From: Octopus sinensis
Taxonomy: Eukaryota
Length of the DNA: 64,000 bases
Assembly (NCBI RefSeq): GCF_006345805.1
Contig: NC_042999.1
Location: 79,360,001 to 79,424,000 of the forward strand
Direction of reading: 5' to 3'
Shown: positions 13,572 through 28,556 of the stretch, piece after piece
Position numbering within the stretch: position 1 is the stretch's first letter
Layout: each line of letters starts with the position of its first letter
Made by a program: the position numbers and the translations under genes
The notes under the pieces: model-generated
Seen by the model: the letters and a program-made list of their open reading frames with translations, nothing else
The model's database searches: none
Told to the model about the DNA's origin: nothing

Positions 13572-13964
13572 ATATATATATATATATATATAATATATAT
13601 ATATATATATGTATGAATGTATGTATGTATTTATGTTTATTTGCATTCATACGGATATACGCCCGCGCACACACGTGTGTGTGTGTGTGTGTGTGTGTCG
13701 GCGTGCGCGCATTGATGAGTGCGTGTTTATCTTTTTGTCTGTGTTTGCGTGTTCATGGGGGATGATGTATGAAATCATCATATATACTGAAACAGTAATT
13801 ATTAATGCCTGTGCTATCAGTTTATTTCTATGAGTGTGTGTGTAAATATGCGTATGTGTGTACCTGAGTGTGTGGTACCTCAGCCTGTTTGAACGAATGT
13901 GAATTTACTTTCCATCCAATTATTCAAACATTAATCTTTTCTCTAAGTATTATTATGCCTTCAG

Positions 13965-14188
13965 AAGGCAGCGAGCTGGCAGAATCGTTAAGCACCTTGG
14001 ACGAGATGTCTAACGGTATTTCGCCTGTCGCTACACTCTGAGTTCAAATTCTGCCGTGGTCGACCCCACCACTTTTATCCTTTCGAGGTCGACAAATTAA
14101 GTACCAGTGAAACATTGGGGTCAATGTAATCAACTAGTCCCCTCTCCCAAACTTTCAGGCTTTGTGCCCACAGCAGAAATGATTATTA
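13965..14188 (+). mobile_element. tRNA-derived SINE family A, full length
   Basis: aaggcagcgagctggcagaatcgtta...ctgagttcaaattctgcc...aagtaccagt...tcaggctttgtgcc; homologous to 54915-55130. Confidence 0.85.
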
Positions 14189-14251
14189 AGCCTTTACTGT
14201 CTGTATATATATATATATTTACACATACATATAAGTGTAAACACACACCAC

Positions 14252-14304
<53 letters not shown>

Positions 14305-14393
14305 GAATGGATGTATATAAACATACGCGTCTATCTTTCCTGCTATCTCACTTCAACATACCTCTGCCTGTCCATGCACCTACCTATACACAC

Positions 14394-14432
<39 letters not shown>

Positions 14433-14781
14433 TTAAATGAATATGATTAATACTCAGCTCTACATAAAATTTGGTGGGTGTAGAAGGCGTCCACATTAGC
14501 AGATGTTTTCGGAGTCTGACTCTAAACATCTGATGATGAGACCTATTCAGCGCCCACGAAACATCAAGAAATGTGGAGCTGGAAAAAGTTGTTAAGGAAT
14601 ACATTTAATTACTTCAAAATGTTCGGCGCTACTGTCTTTCGTTTGTTTACCAACTCATATATCTTTTTCTCTCTTTGTCTCTCTATATGTAGCCACACAC
14701 ATACACACACACACGCGCGCGCGCGTACAAACACACAGGTTATCTATCTATCTATCTCCTTTCTCTATATATATGTGTTTG

Positions 14782-14830
<49 letters not shown>

Positions 14831-15046
14831 AGTGTGAGTGTATATACATATGTAAAGATACATGCATGCATGCTATATATATTATATATATAATATATAT
14901 ATATATATATAATATATATATATATATAATATATATATATATATACACATATATATTTTCATACTGTTTTGCAAGAATTTTGATACGAAATCGTCTGTTA
15001 AAACCAATATTGTTATATTTACAATTGTATTGAGGTATCATTAATA

Positions 15047-15615
15047 TCTATATATATAAAACTGTAGTTGTGTGAGTGTCTGTCCCCTTCGATTTAGATT
15101 CCTAACTACTCCCACATTTTGCGGTGCAGTTTAACCAAATTCGGGTATCTTATAGTCGTGATTAATATCGAGCCCGTCTGGCTATTAGCGCGCGTGTACG
15201 ATAAGTCTACGATTTTAAAAATAATTTAACATCATTTTTTATTCCATTTTAATGCATAATTTTTCGTGTGTCAATGGCGGCGGAGTTGGCGTCCACGCTC
15301 AAACACCTGCACCTGTGTTTGCTTCTCCCCCTTCTTCCCTCCCTCGTGAAGCTGTGGGGAAGGGAGTGTAAGGAAATCAACGTCGTAATGCGTTGTCAAG
15401 GAGACCAGCGTTCTTTTAGAACAACGACTTCATGGCTTGAAGACACCAAAACAGAAAATGTCTACGATGAGTCAACGAGTTAAAAAAAAATTTACCATAA
15501 TTTTTTTTCCATTTTTAATGCATATTTTTTGCTATATTTTTAGCTATAACTCTCTAAAAATGCTTATATAGTTATTTCCCTTACAAACCCGAGCAACGCC
15601 GGGCGATACTGCTAG
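15047..15615 (+). mobile_element. Non-autonomous Helitron (569 bp)
   Basis: 5' TC (15047-48) preceded by A; 3' hairpin cccg(a)gc-aac-gccggg (15588-15603); terminal CTAG (15612-15) followed by T; no TSD. Confidence 0.85.
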
Positions 15616-15765
15616 TAATCTATAAACACACCGAAAGGTGAGCATTTAAATGAGAAAATTTATACCCATTGAGAAAGCTGCAGATTGGTGCGCCAAAAAA
15701 TATTTTGTGAGTGCTCTGAGAGAAATGAGTAGGATACAAAGACCCAAAATGTGTTCACAAGCATA

Positions 15766-15875
<110 letters not shown>

Positions 15876-15884
15876 CGCATATAT

Positions 15885-15916
<32 letters not shown>

Positions 15917-16255
15917 CTGAGACCCCCTTCTGTCACGACACAGACCATCCATGAGATTGCACCTAGAAAGTTACCCTCCCAGGTACAAATCCGGGCAAGG
16001 TTGTTTATGGAAGACCAGCAGTCGCCCATGCACGCCGGCCTTCCCTCTCCACGCCACCAGTATTATCCAAGGGAAAGGCAACGGCCGATACAGCTTGGCA
16101 CCTGTGATGTCGCAACTCATTTCTACAGCTGAGTGAGCTGGAGCAACGTGAAATAAAGTGTCTTGCTCAAGAACACAATACGCAGCCCGGTCCGGGATCC
16201 GAGCTAACAACCTCACGATCGTAAGTTCGACGCTCTAACCACTGAGCCATGCGCC

Positions 16256-16258
<3 letters not shown>
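15917..16258 (-). mobile_element. tRNA-headed SINE family C with CORE-like domain
   Basis: Minus strand reads gaaggcgcatggctcagtggttagagcgtcgaacttacgatcgtgaggttgttagctcggatccc (tRNA-like), then gtgttcttgagcaagacacttt...cagctgtagaaatgag (CORE-like), then a ~200-bp 3' tail; flanked by (TA)n and (CA)n. Confidence 0.85.
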
Positions 16259-16315
<57 letters not shown>

Positions 16316-17410
16316 CACACATATTTGGGGTGTGTTCTGTTAAGAACGATTAAGTGTACAAATAGAGCTAGTTCACCCTTAGAATTCCCAAATAGCCGTT
16401 AGTATTCTTATGGTATGCTACCAATTCTAGTCTTAGGTATTCCTCTTGTGTGAAAATAAGAAGCCATGGATGTTGTAGCTTGGAAATCTAGATTTACTTA
16501 CAGAGACAACAGCTGAGTATCGCCTGATATACAGGTAAATCGTTGCATAATTTAATTTTAACTTAACTTTAAATCTTGTATATACGAGGATCTGTATATA
16601 TCGAAACATTTGTAGCGATTAAAAAGCTGCCTAACCGTACTTGCTCTTCCTTTTGATTATTTTACTTTTTACATACACACACACACACACACACCACACA
16701 CACACACACACACATGAAATGCTTATGTGTGCACACAAACGTATATAATAATCACATTCACACACAGATTTCTATAAGTCTTCGCTATTTTCTCTGAGTG
16801 TATGTAAGATCTATGTTCTTACTTATCTTTATATCCTTTTGTACTTGTTTAAAATTATATTCGAGTAAATTCGTTCGTCTAAGTCCCGCCTCGCATATGT
16901 GCGCGCACAATTCACTGTTTGTGTATTTGCCTGTGTATATGTGCCTACGTATGCATGTAGTATTGTCTACGTGATTGTGCGTGTGGTTTATTTACGTCTG
17001 TGCATTACCTAGCATTACATATCGATGCAATTTATGTGCGATAGACATCTGACCACTAAATTATATTTTCAGAAATCATCAAAATATACAATAATGTCTC
17101 GATATACGAGTTAAAATGCAAGGAGAAGATGAAACATGTAAATTATCCAATGGGTGAATTGAAGAGAAAAGGAGGTGCAGGAAAATGTACGGCTTGAAGC
17201 AATAACACTAAGAATTGATGAATACAGACTCCGTCATTTTTGACAGGTACTACACTACTTCAATGAAAGACACATATATACACATACATATTCACATTGA
17301 GAGACAGCTTGAAAGAACTTTAGCAAGTGCTACTCTTGTGAATCGTCATTTTGTTTTGACTCAACCTTCATATTTATTTCTTTAAGTTTTCTCACAAAGC
17401 TTGGGCATAT

Positions 17411-17475
<65 letters not shown>

Positions 17476-17476
17476 A

Positions 17477-17525
<49 letters not shown>

Positions 17526-17659
17526 GTCTAGCTAGATATCTGTCTGTCTAGCTAAATATCTGTCTGTCTGTCTGTTTGTCTGACTATCTCTATCTTTCCG
17601 TCCGCCCGTCCTCCCTCTCTCCTTCCATCCCTCTCCCCCTCCCCCCTCCACCCATCCAT

Positions 17660-17716
<57 letters not shown>
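17411..17716. repeat. (TATC)n/(TGTC)n compound microsatellite
   Basis: Direct tandem repeats. Confidence 0.9.
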
Positions 17717-17719
<3 letters not shown>

Positions 17720-18149
17720 AGATTTACATAGCCGTCATTTTTTAGTATGCACAAATTTGTTTATAAATATATATATCAATGTGTATGTACGTGTGTGTGT
17801 GTATGTATGTGTATACTTACATCCATGTGTACGTATAATCATATATATATATATCCCTCTGTGTTACACGTGTGTGCCTTGGTGATTATGTGTGCGCGCG
17901 CGTGTATGTTTATTTATGCTTTCACTATATATTTAATTTCTATTTAATCACATTTTACAGTATCATTTTGAACAATGAGACTAAGAAAATAAGGAGCCAT
18001 GTAAAAGGCGTCAGCGGTAACGCAGAAAAAAGGTTGAAAAGCTTTTTATTGGAATATGCACCCAAATGGCACTTATCAACACATATATATAACAAATATT
18101 TGATATCATCACCGCATTGACACGTTTCTTTCCCCCCTTTTCCTTTTCT

Positions 18150-18860
<711 letters not shown>

Positions 18861-18957
18861 TGTTTTATTTATTTGTTTAATTATCTATTTTATTTTCCTA
18901 TTTATATTCTTGCCTTCGTATGAAAGCTTCCGTCACCGCCATCGCTAAATCCTACGC

Positions 18958-18988
<31 letters not shown>

Positions 18989-19944
18989 GTCGTCGTCGTG
19001 GTCGTGGTCGTCGCCGAATAAGACGCGCAATGTATTTTTTTTTTTTCCTTTTTTCAGAGAAACATTAAATTGTGTGATTTGGTGCTGCTTAGGTTGCTAT
19101 AACTAGCATTTCAAACGACCGTGCAAGAGGGAACTTGCTACTCGAGTTCACCACCACCACTATCACTATCATCGTGATCGTCGTCGTCGTTGTTCAGTAG
19201 TGCAATATTTTTCTTAGAAAGATAAGATGTGACTTTAACTCGGGGTTTAGTTACTATATATAATCAGCATTTCGAATGACTACGGAGAGAACCTTGCAAG
19301 TTGATTTCATCGTCAACGTCATCTGCTGCTTCTGTCTTCACGTTCTCCCTTTCCTCTCTCTCTCTCTCCTCTTCGCTCCTTATTTTGTCCTCAGTCCACC
19401 ATTTTAATTTCTCTTTCTCTCCTCCGGCTTCACCCCTCTCTTGATTCCTTTCTTCCCTCTACAATTGCGACGCAATATCAAAAGTTTGATCCGCACCATC
19501 GAATTACATAAACAAACACTTAATATGTACAGAACAGGCTGCGCCCATGTTATAAAAAATCATTATCATTATCATCATCATCATCATCATCATCATCATT
19601 ATTATTATTATTGTTATTATTATTATCATAAGTAGCAGTAGTTGTATAAAACATTATCGTCGTCATCATCGTTATTATGATTATTTCTTATTTACATAGT
19701 GGTGACATTATTGATAAGGGCAACGTTTGTGGCGGGATTGGTTACGATGCAGATACTTAAATATAATACTTCTCCCTGCCATATTCCAAAACGTCACCAA
19801 AAGAAAAAAAAAAGGGAAAAAGAAAACAGATTAGGTTTTTGTTAAATACACCCGCGCAAACGACATACTGAGCTTGATGTTGTCAATAATAATAATAATA
19901 ATAATAACAATAATAATAACAATGATAATAATAATAATTATGAT

Positions 19945-20157
19945 AATGGTTTCAAATTCTGTCGCAGGGTAGCAATTTTGGGGGAGGGGATGAGTCGATT
20001 ACATCGTCTCCAGTGTTCAACTGGTACTTATTTTATCGACCACGAAATGATGAAAGGTAAAGTCGACCTCGGCGGAATTTGAACTGAGAACGTAGAGACA
20101 GGCGAAATACCGCTAAGTATTTCTTTCACCTAACGATTCTGCCAGCTCACCGCCTTA
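19945..20157 (-). mobile_element. SINE family A, full length
   Basis: Reverse complement begins aaggcggtgagctggcagaatcgttag and matches 54915-55130. Confidence 0.85.
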
Positions 20158-20164
20158 ATAAGTA

Positions 20165-20227
<63 letters not shown>

Positions 20228-20239
20228 GTAAACAACCAA

Positions 20240-21846
20240 AAAAACACAACGATTAACAAAGAGATTAAATCAACAATATGCTTCCCCAATAGGGGGAGTT
20301 TCACGGTAAGGTGACGAAAGAGACCTCATGCACTTTGGACCTCTTAAAAATTGCCCTCCCTTCCCGGCCATAGGAAGGAGACGGGGCGATCTTCACTATG
20401 AACTCGGATGATAGCCGGATCCGTCCTACATGTGACAATAACTGTTCGACAAAGCTCCACAAGTCAGCAATGTGCGGACACTGTACGAGAGGATGCAGAA
20501 CGGTTTCATGGCTCCGCGTGCATCTCAGGCAAGCCCGACTGACTGCAAACCCGTGCCTGTAGAGCTTATCTCTAACCGGCAGTGCCCCCACGCCAGTAGT
20601 ACTGGCAGGCCAGGGATTTTTGGAAGTTATCGATAGTTCCCGACCAGAAAGTCCTCCGGAAGAGACCACCAGTTGTTCCTCTCGAGGCCCAGGACTCTCC
20701 GAGTATGTGGTCGATCTTGCCTCCCAATAATACTCTATAGAATTCCAAACTGGAACTCCCACGGACCGCATTGCCCGACTGGCCGAGGGATGTGGGCGCT
20801 TGGAGACACTCTAGGTGCGAAGCGCTCTGACTCGGTCTACGCCTGATACAAGGAGACGAGCTATTGGAAAGTGCGTTCAATAAACGGTATCACACCTGCT
20901 CACCGTTGAGGTATTGCTGGAGATGTCGTAGCCTCTGCGCATGTCTAAATTGGTTCAGAGCCTATCTCGCTACCAGCACGTCGGTCGCTATGCCCCTACT
21001 GAGTGCCTCTTCTAATTTCCTACACTAGTCTTCTCTATCGCTAGCTCTCTGCGAAATTCTAGAACTTTTACTCTCATCGTCTGTTTTAGGCCCCCACCCC
21101 CACCATCGGTTTTTGACGACTGCACCTGTCAACTTTCGCTGGACTAACTTGCTAAGCCGGTCTCTGAAAGCTTGACGCACCGGGAAGGACGCGTTCACCT
21201 TCCAGTATCCCGGTCCCTACCTATGGAGCCTATGTAAGTCAACCGCACAGGCCACAAATTCGTGGTCTGTGTAGTTGACGAATCCAAACTGTGGACATTC
21301 TAAGTTATTACTCTCTTCTACAAAATACCCTGTCTAGATAAGATCTGGTCAACCCGGCATCTATTTGCCCATGTCCACACTGCAGTGTTCAAGAAATCCA
21401 GTCTGAATCTGTCCGTCAGCTGGAAACGACTGAGTAGGTTTGCAAGGCTTGCACACGCCCCTTTCCTATCTGCCAGCCCCAACCAATCCAAATGTGCATC
21501 CAAAATGGCGTTTCAATCGCCCACTAACACTAATGAGCGAGACGTCCCTAGGAAGGCCTCCAGGCATCTGAAGAACTCCAGGTGCCCAGCTCCAGTTGGT
21601 GCGTACACGGCGGCCAGTCTAACAGCACTGTCTTCGTTATCGTTCACGTCGTGGACCACTGACTTAACTTCTGGATCCAGGAAGACAGACCGTATCTCGA
21701 GATCCAAGCCTTTTCTGAACAACATTGCCATCCCACCCCACCATCCCCGGTCGACTAAGAGATGCGAAAGTCTCAAAGTCATCGAAAATGGGAGCCAAGG
21801 TCTGTGTGTCCATGATCCTGGTCTTTCTGAAGGCTATTACATTCAT
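20240..21846 (-). mobile_element. Tx1-like (L1 group) LINE relic: APE endonuclease plus C-terminal zinc finger, RT missing
   Basis: APE motifs GGMAMLFRK, LAAVYAPTG, LVLVGD*NAILD, YLDRVF, YTDHEFV, GPGYWKVNAS; then ALPVRDKL...ACLRC...ETVLHPLVQCP (zf-RVT-like). Many stops and frameshifts; 3' end runs into (TTA)n. Confidence 0.85.
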
Positions 21847-23151
21847 ACTTATGAATTTTTATATTTTATTTATCTATTTATTTGTGGTGTTGTCAGAGGG
21901 TGGAGGACTGCCCCATGTTATTCTCGCATAGTTTACGAGAAAGCTGGGGGAGAAGAAAAGAAGAAATTGGACAAGTGATCAGATTATTTGGTCTTACCAC
22001 TAGAGTCTTCTAAAAGTAAGCACGTGCTAAGTTGCCGTGCTTATCTGAGCCATGAGTTAAGTTTATCACGTGGAACTAATATCGATCAACAAGGTTCGGA
22101 TTGACAACCGATCGATTACAAGTAAAGCAACTTGCTGATATTGCCATATAGCAGGATGATATAAAAAACACGTGACTTTGAAACAAAAATCTTAAATCAG
22201 ACGGCTATGCTTACGTCTGGTTTCCTTATTGTGTAACGATTGATGACATGTAATCCATCATTTGGTCTGGTGAGCATAGAAAACAGATTGAACAAAATGA
22301 ACTGGACGAACGGTAAAAACAGAATATTCGTTTAGGCATAAGTCAGTATTGGTATTGAGGGGAGAGGTTGGATATAACAAAAAAAGAATTCAGTTGTGAT
22401 TTTGAGTAACGTATGTCATAAACTTTTCCATCGACCAATATCACCCTATTGTCTTTTATTAGAGAATACAGTCCAAGATACTCTTTGCCAAAAAGTCAAT
22501 TACATTGTTCTGGATAGAATGCATTTAATTACAATTCTGTTCTTTAGGGCTAACTTAGGACGAAATAACAACAGCAACGTCAGAAAGCAAGACTCCTCGT
22601 AAAAGAAGAATAATAATTGTGGAAAATGTCATCTTCTAGAGAAGACGAAAATAGAAGAGGAAAAACAGACAAATGAATAGCAATATGGAAAACTGAGAAT
22701 GGACAAGGAGATTTTTGATTTAGAAAAAAAAAAAAAAACAACTATTGATATGGGGAAAAGTAAACGTATTGACGATTATTGCAATTAAGATATTGTTATA
22801 GTTGTTTAACTGATGAGTCCAGATCGAAGTACATTCAAGAGCATATATACCGGTACACACATACACATACACACGCACGTACACACGCACACATAAGCAG
22901 ATTCACACACATATGCATGTATATGCGCACACACAAACACACAAGACTCAGATGCAGAAGGTTGTGTTAGATTATATAATGTAATCCTACTTACCACTAA
23001 AGAGAGAAACTAATTATGATTAGCGTCCTTTGATAATAGGTCTTCTAAATTAGGTGTTTACCTTGAGTTAAACAGCAACAGCTTCAAACTAATTTTCTAA
23101 ATAACTGTAACAGAGATCAATCCTTTAAGATTTTTTTAAATATCTTTTACA

Positions 23152-23515
23152 TATTTTAGTCATTAGACAGCGGCCATGCTGGTGCACCACCTCGAAGAGT
23201 TTTTGATCGAATGAATCGTCCCCTCCCCCGTACTGTACTTATTCTGTCAGTCTCATTTGCTGAACCGCTAAGTTACAGCAACATAACCACATCAGTATCT
23301 GCGGTGGTGGGGAATAAACGCAGGCACAAAGACACGCGCAAACGCACACACACACACACACACACACACGTATATATGTTTCAATTTCCGTTTACCAAAT
23401 GCGCTCACAAGGCTTTGGTCAGTCTGAAAGTATAACAGAAAACATATGTGCAAGATACCATGCAGTGGGACTGAACACGGAACGTGTGGTTGGGAAGCAA
23501 GCTTCATATCACCCA
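23152..23515 (-). mobile_element. SINE family B, degenerate
   Basis: cggccatgctgg..gcacc, gaaccgctaagttac, ctcacaaggctttggtc, gcagtgggactgaac match the reverse complement of 59417-59830. Confidence 0.75.
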
Positions 23516-23968
23516 AACAACATATAAAATCCTAGGTTTATATTTTAAATGTCTATTAATATGTTTATATTGAAATGGACTCTCTAAGGGTAAATGAGCT
23601 TAATCTGTCGCTTAACAGATATACGAATATTAGACGCCGAACATTTTAGAAATAGATCGGACGATTATTCACTTACAGACGTATGACGCACGCGCGCATG
23701 CGCATGCATGATTGGTCACAATCATACGCTTACGTACCCTTGGGTGTGCACGCGTTCGGTTATTGTGTTTTCTGCTCACACCCATTTTTTCTGTATAAAG
23801 GATAGTTCGGTCAATATTCTTTTACATATTGTTACATCACAGTGCAAAGACCAGCCAGAAAAGAAAGGCGAGGGAAGCATAAACAAGAAATGGAGGTCAA
23901 AAGTGTAACACTCAGATAGAGTAAGAGAGATAGATACATATTTAGAGAGAGAGAGAGAGAGTGACAGC

Positions 23969-24019
<51 letters not shown>

Positions 24020-24409
24020 AGTGATAGTGACAGAAAAGTGAGATATGAATAGACATAGATTGTGAGTGAATGTATGTGAGTGCGCGTAGGTGGGAACAAA
24101 GAAAGAGAGAAGGGGAAGATAAAGGAAGAAAGAGGGAGAGAAAGAGGAAGCGAGGGAAAGAGGGAGAGAGAGAAAGAGGAAGAGAGAGACAAAAAGGGAG
24201 AGAGAGAAAGAGGGAGTGAGAGAGAGAAATTGCAATTGACAGACACTGAAAACTGAACTCAATTGGGTGGAATAGCATTATTTGTTCAAAGTTAAGTCTA
24301 CTCGAAAAATTTTTTGCTGTAATTTTTCATTTGCCTGGGGACAAACTAAGGAAAACACTGAGTAGCGACTGTCGTAGAATCAGCTTTGAGTAAACGATAG
24401 ATACATACA

Positions 24410-24445
<36 letters not shown>

Positions 24446-24464
24446 TATATATATTTATATGTAT

Positions 24465-24872
24465 ACTCTTTTTACTCCTTTACTCTTTTACGTGTTTCAG
24501 TCATTTGACTGTGGCCATGCTGGAGCACCGCCTTTAGTCGAGCAAATCGACCCCAGGACTTTGTAAGCCTAGTACTCATTCAATCGGTCTCTTTTGCCGA
24601 ACCGCTAAGTTACAGGGACGTAAATACACCAGCATCGTTTGTCAAGAGATGTTGTATGAGGGGGGGGGGAGACAAACACAGACACACAAACATATGCACT
24701 CATACACATACATATGTGTATGTATATACATATATACGACGGGATTCTTTCAGTTTCCGTCAACCAAATCCACTCACCTGGCTTTGGTCGGCCCGAGGCT
24801 ATAGTAGAAGAAACTTACCCAAGGTGCCACGAACCCGGAACCACGTGGTTCGCAAGCAGGCTAGTTACCACA

Positions 24873-24878
<6 letters not shown>
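24465..24878 (-). mobile_element. SINE family B, near full length
   Basis: High similarity to the reverse complement of 59417-59830 and 62735-63130. Confidence 0.88.
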
Positions 24879-24916
<38 letters not shown>

Positions 24917-25971
24917 CAAACACACGCACACACACATGTACGTTGAGAGAGAGAAAGAGGGAGAGAGAGAGAGGGAGGATAGGAAGAGCAAAGAAGACCA
25001 ATTCTTTCACCATGCTGCACTCAAAGCATGAGCCTAACTTGATAGCTTTGGTTTTTATCTTGTACAGGCGCACGCATGTTCAAATATATGAAAATATATA
25101 CACAAACATCAGCATCCCTGCTATTTCTTTCATTTGCAAAATAATTAATTGTACACTTGTGTCTATTACACACACAAACACACAAGCACAAACGTACACT
25201 TGCGGGCATAGACACGCACACTCGCACGCATACACACAAATTTATGCGTTTATATGAATTAACAGCTACAGTTTTAATGTAAATGATACGAGGCATTAAT
25301 TGCAGCAATTTGAGAGGCCAATCTATGTATTACTTGCTGAGATACCGCGCCACAGATTAAACTATAGAACACCTACACATTAAATCTTCTTAAATGTGGT
25401 ACTGTGAATCATTTTGTCTACCATTTTAAAAGTACTATTTTGTATCTACATGTACTATCTTACATCTACAATTCGTTATCCAATTAGTGCTGCCAAGACA
25501 GGCTATTCTACTAATGTATATCATAGCTAGTATGTAACATGTGTTTCAGTTTACCATTAGAAATAATCCCATGAATCAAACAAAATAATTCTTGATTTTA
25601 TTCAAAATATTAGTAATGATAAAACTAAATATGTATCAAGCTTGTGTAACCCTGAATCTAATAGGCCTAACTTCTTTATAGTTTACCCTTTCATATATGC
25701 TTTGGCAGTCACTGGTAGCCATTAGTGAGCGCAAAAAAATACTCGCAATTGCTGGATACTTCACGCCCGCCTGAGAGTGACAACTGAAGCAAAAGTGTAA
25801 ACACTTACGACGCTGTGGTTGACTTAGCTATGAGGTCCCACGATCCGTTAAAGGAAAATAAACATCACTCCATTTATATATTCACACAAAGTGCAACCAT
25901 TCGCTTAAGAGCATCAAACATGTATCCAACAGAATATCTCCTTTATTCACAGACGAAGCGACATTTACTGC

Positions 25972-26043
<72 letters not shown>

Positions 26044-26071
26044 CATCATCATCATTATTAACCACTACGCC

Positions 26072-26120
<49 letters not shown>

Positions 26121-26992
26121 TGAAGCTATGTGAACTACAGACTGCCGGTTCGGCAGGTTTCCTTGACAATTTTAGTCACAATGCGTCAGTCAATGCGAAA
26201 ACCTGCTGGAAGACTTGTCCAAAGTGCTATTCAGTAAGTTTGTACCTTCGTAACTGCGAAACAAATTTCTAATCATTTCGCCGTAATTACGCCTTGTTAT
26301 CAAAATCCTGCTTGAAATATAAAGGTATCTATGGCTAATCGAAGAAATTCGAGCTTGTAAATTTGAATTCCAAAGAATAAGATGTTCGCTCAATGTTTTT
26401 AATCTGAACTCAAAAAAATCCTTTAGGATCTCTTCTGAATATTTGTTCCAGTAGATCAAGCGTATAATAGTACCATTTGCATGAAACTATAAATTCGCCT
26501 CTTCCTCCATATGTCGTAGTAAACCGTGAAGGAGGGAAGTTAATAAATAAACAGAATAAAATGATTTTAAGGATATGTAAGTCGTACATTAAGGGGTAAG
26601 GTATTGAGATCTTTCAACTTGACCCAGTACTGCCAGCAGCAGCACCAGCATCGCCACCACCAGCACCACCAGCAGCACCACCACCTCCATCATCATCATC
26701 ATCATCATCGTCACCACCACTGCCGAGGACAGCACCAACAGTTCCACCTCACTCATTTACAATAAAGCGGAAGCTATTGAAATTTGATCAGTGTTAGAGG
26801 GGTAGCATTGCCAGTTTGTGTCTCTGTGTCTGCCAACAAAATGTTTGTATGAGGGATGGAAGCAAAAGATAGGGAAAAAAAATAAACTTTATCGTCTTTT
26901 TATTATATCGAAATAGGCTATTAACCTAATCATTAAAATAAAGACTAAGCACCATATGAGATAATTAAGAGTGTGATACAAAAAATATTGTC

Positions 26993-27056
<64 letters not shown>

Positions 27057-28525
27057 GAACATATTCTGTGTGCGTGTGTATATATATATATATGAAAATA
27101 TTGTCTGTGTATATATATGAAAATATATGTGTGTGTGTGTGTGTATTTATTGGTGTTTGTATGTGTATATGTATACGTACCCATGTCTCTAAACAGTTCA
27201 ATTTACGTCGTATTATTGCGAATTATTGAATGTGAAGACACTGGTTTATGCATGTGTGAGGAGATGAGTGTATGTGTGTGGGAGTGTGTTGATATTTGTG
27301 TGTATATGAAAAAAATAGGAAGAAAGAAGGAGTGAATGGAGAGAGAGAGAGAGAAATAGACAAAAAAGAGTAAGAAAAAATTCAGAGAAAAGCGGGAAAG
27401 CAATTCCCATTGATTTATTAAATCAGACATCTTTTATTCTAATCTTTTCTCCCCACCCCCGCCGCCACCTCTCACTCTTTCTCACTTTCTGCCTCGCGCT
27501 CACCCACACAGAAACCCACAGTCTCTATTTTCATTTTGCTATCTCAAATTAAGACTGGTTACTTGAAAATGATTCCGTCCCACCTAGCTGTAAATAACTA
27601 CGATGGAGCATATGAAAACAGATGTATGTAGGCAGAAGGAGCACTACATAATTTATGAGTTTTTCAGTCATTTCCTACTTAAGTCATTACATTAGCCTGC
27701 GGAACGGAATAAAAATTCAGACTCTGTAAAATTTAGCTTCCAGAACACAAAATCACTAATCGTAATTGTTCATTATCTTTCAGTTATATTGGATAAACAA
27801 GATTCTCGTGATGGATAGCGTAAAACAGTACATTACCGGATGTTAAACTTAAAATTAATATACACGCGCCTCAGATGGGTATTTTCGTCAAAAAAAAGGG
27901 CCCACCAATCGGTTGCATTATTGAGCTCAACTTTTCTGTTATTCGTCAGCGACAGACTAGCAATTACTGTAAGATATACTATCAATCAGACAAGGAAGGT
28001 CTTATTTTTGGATTCAAAAATAGATTCAAAATCTGTGAATCCTGCCTAAAATTTGTCATTGACTTGAATGCATCGCAGTGCCTATTAAATACAAATGCCT
28101 CAAGGTCAATGAGGAAGCCTTTAGGCGGTCGATCAATCTGTTAAAATTGATAACCTGATTTACCTCAGATCAACCCTACTATCTTGAAAAAAGAAACCAA
28201 GGAAAACGCTGGAGAACTGTATTGTCAAATACACTGCATCTCAAAGCTTTGGAATGCTCATGGCTGGAACGCCAGTGGCAATAGGAACATCATGTTCTGG
28301 ATTGTTATAGAGCTAAATACCAACATCAACATCAACAAAAAAGGAGTGGTGCTATCATGTAGCAGTACAAGGGATCAGTACTACTAATCATACGAAGAAA
28401 ATGATAGGAGTCAACTCCAGAGTATTATTTCCTTGAATGTTTCGTCTAGAGTTACACAAGAGATGTTGTTAGCACGCACAAATGCACGCACCTATGAATT
28501 TGCACTGAAACACACACACACACAC

Positions 28526-28556
<31 letters not shown>

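Noticed and set aside
15917-16258. tRNA genes at the SINE heads (also 2650-2712, 54915, 59417)
   Set aside because: No complete cloverleaf; each head continues into a repeated SINE body.
16503-16533. Plus-strand micro-exon-like sites (also about 55925-55968 and 8251-8266)
   Set aside because: AG...GT pairs of this quality are expected by chance in 64 kb; they do not chain into a coherent protein.
26173-26459. 89-aa minus ORF and a possible plus exon (SQCVSQCENLLEDLSKVLF|GTAAGT)
   Set aside because: All three frames of the short exon are open and no partner exon or homology is evident; not distinguishable from chance.
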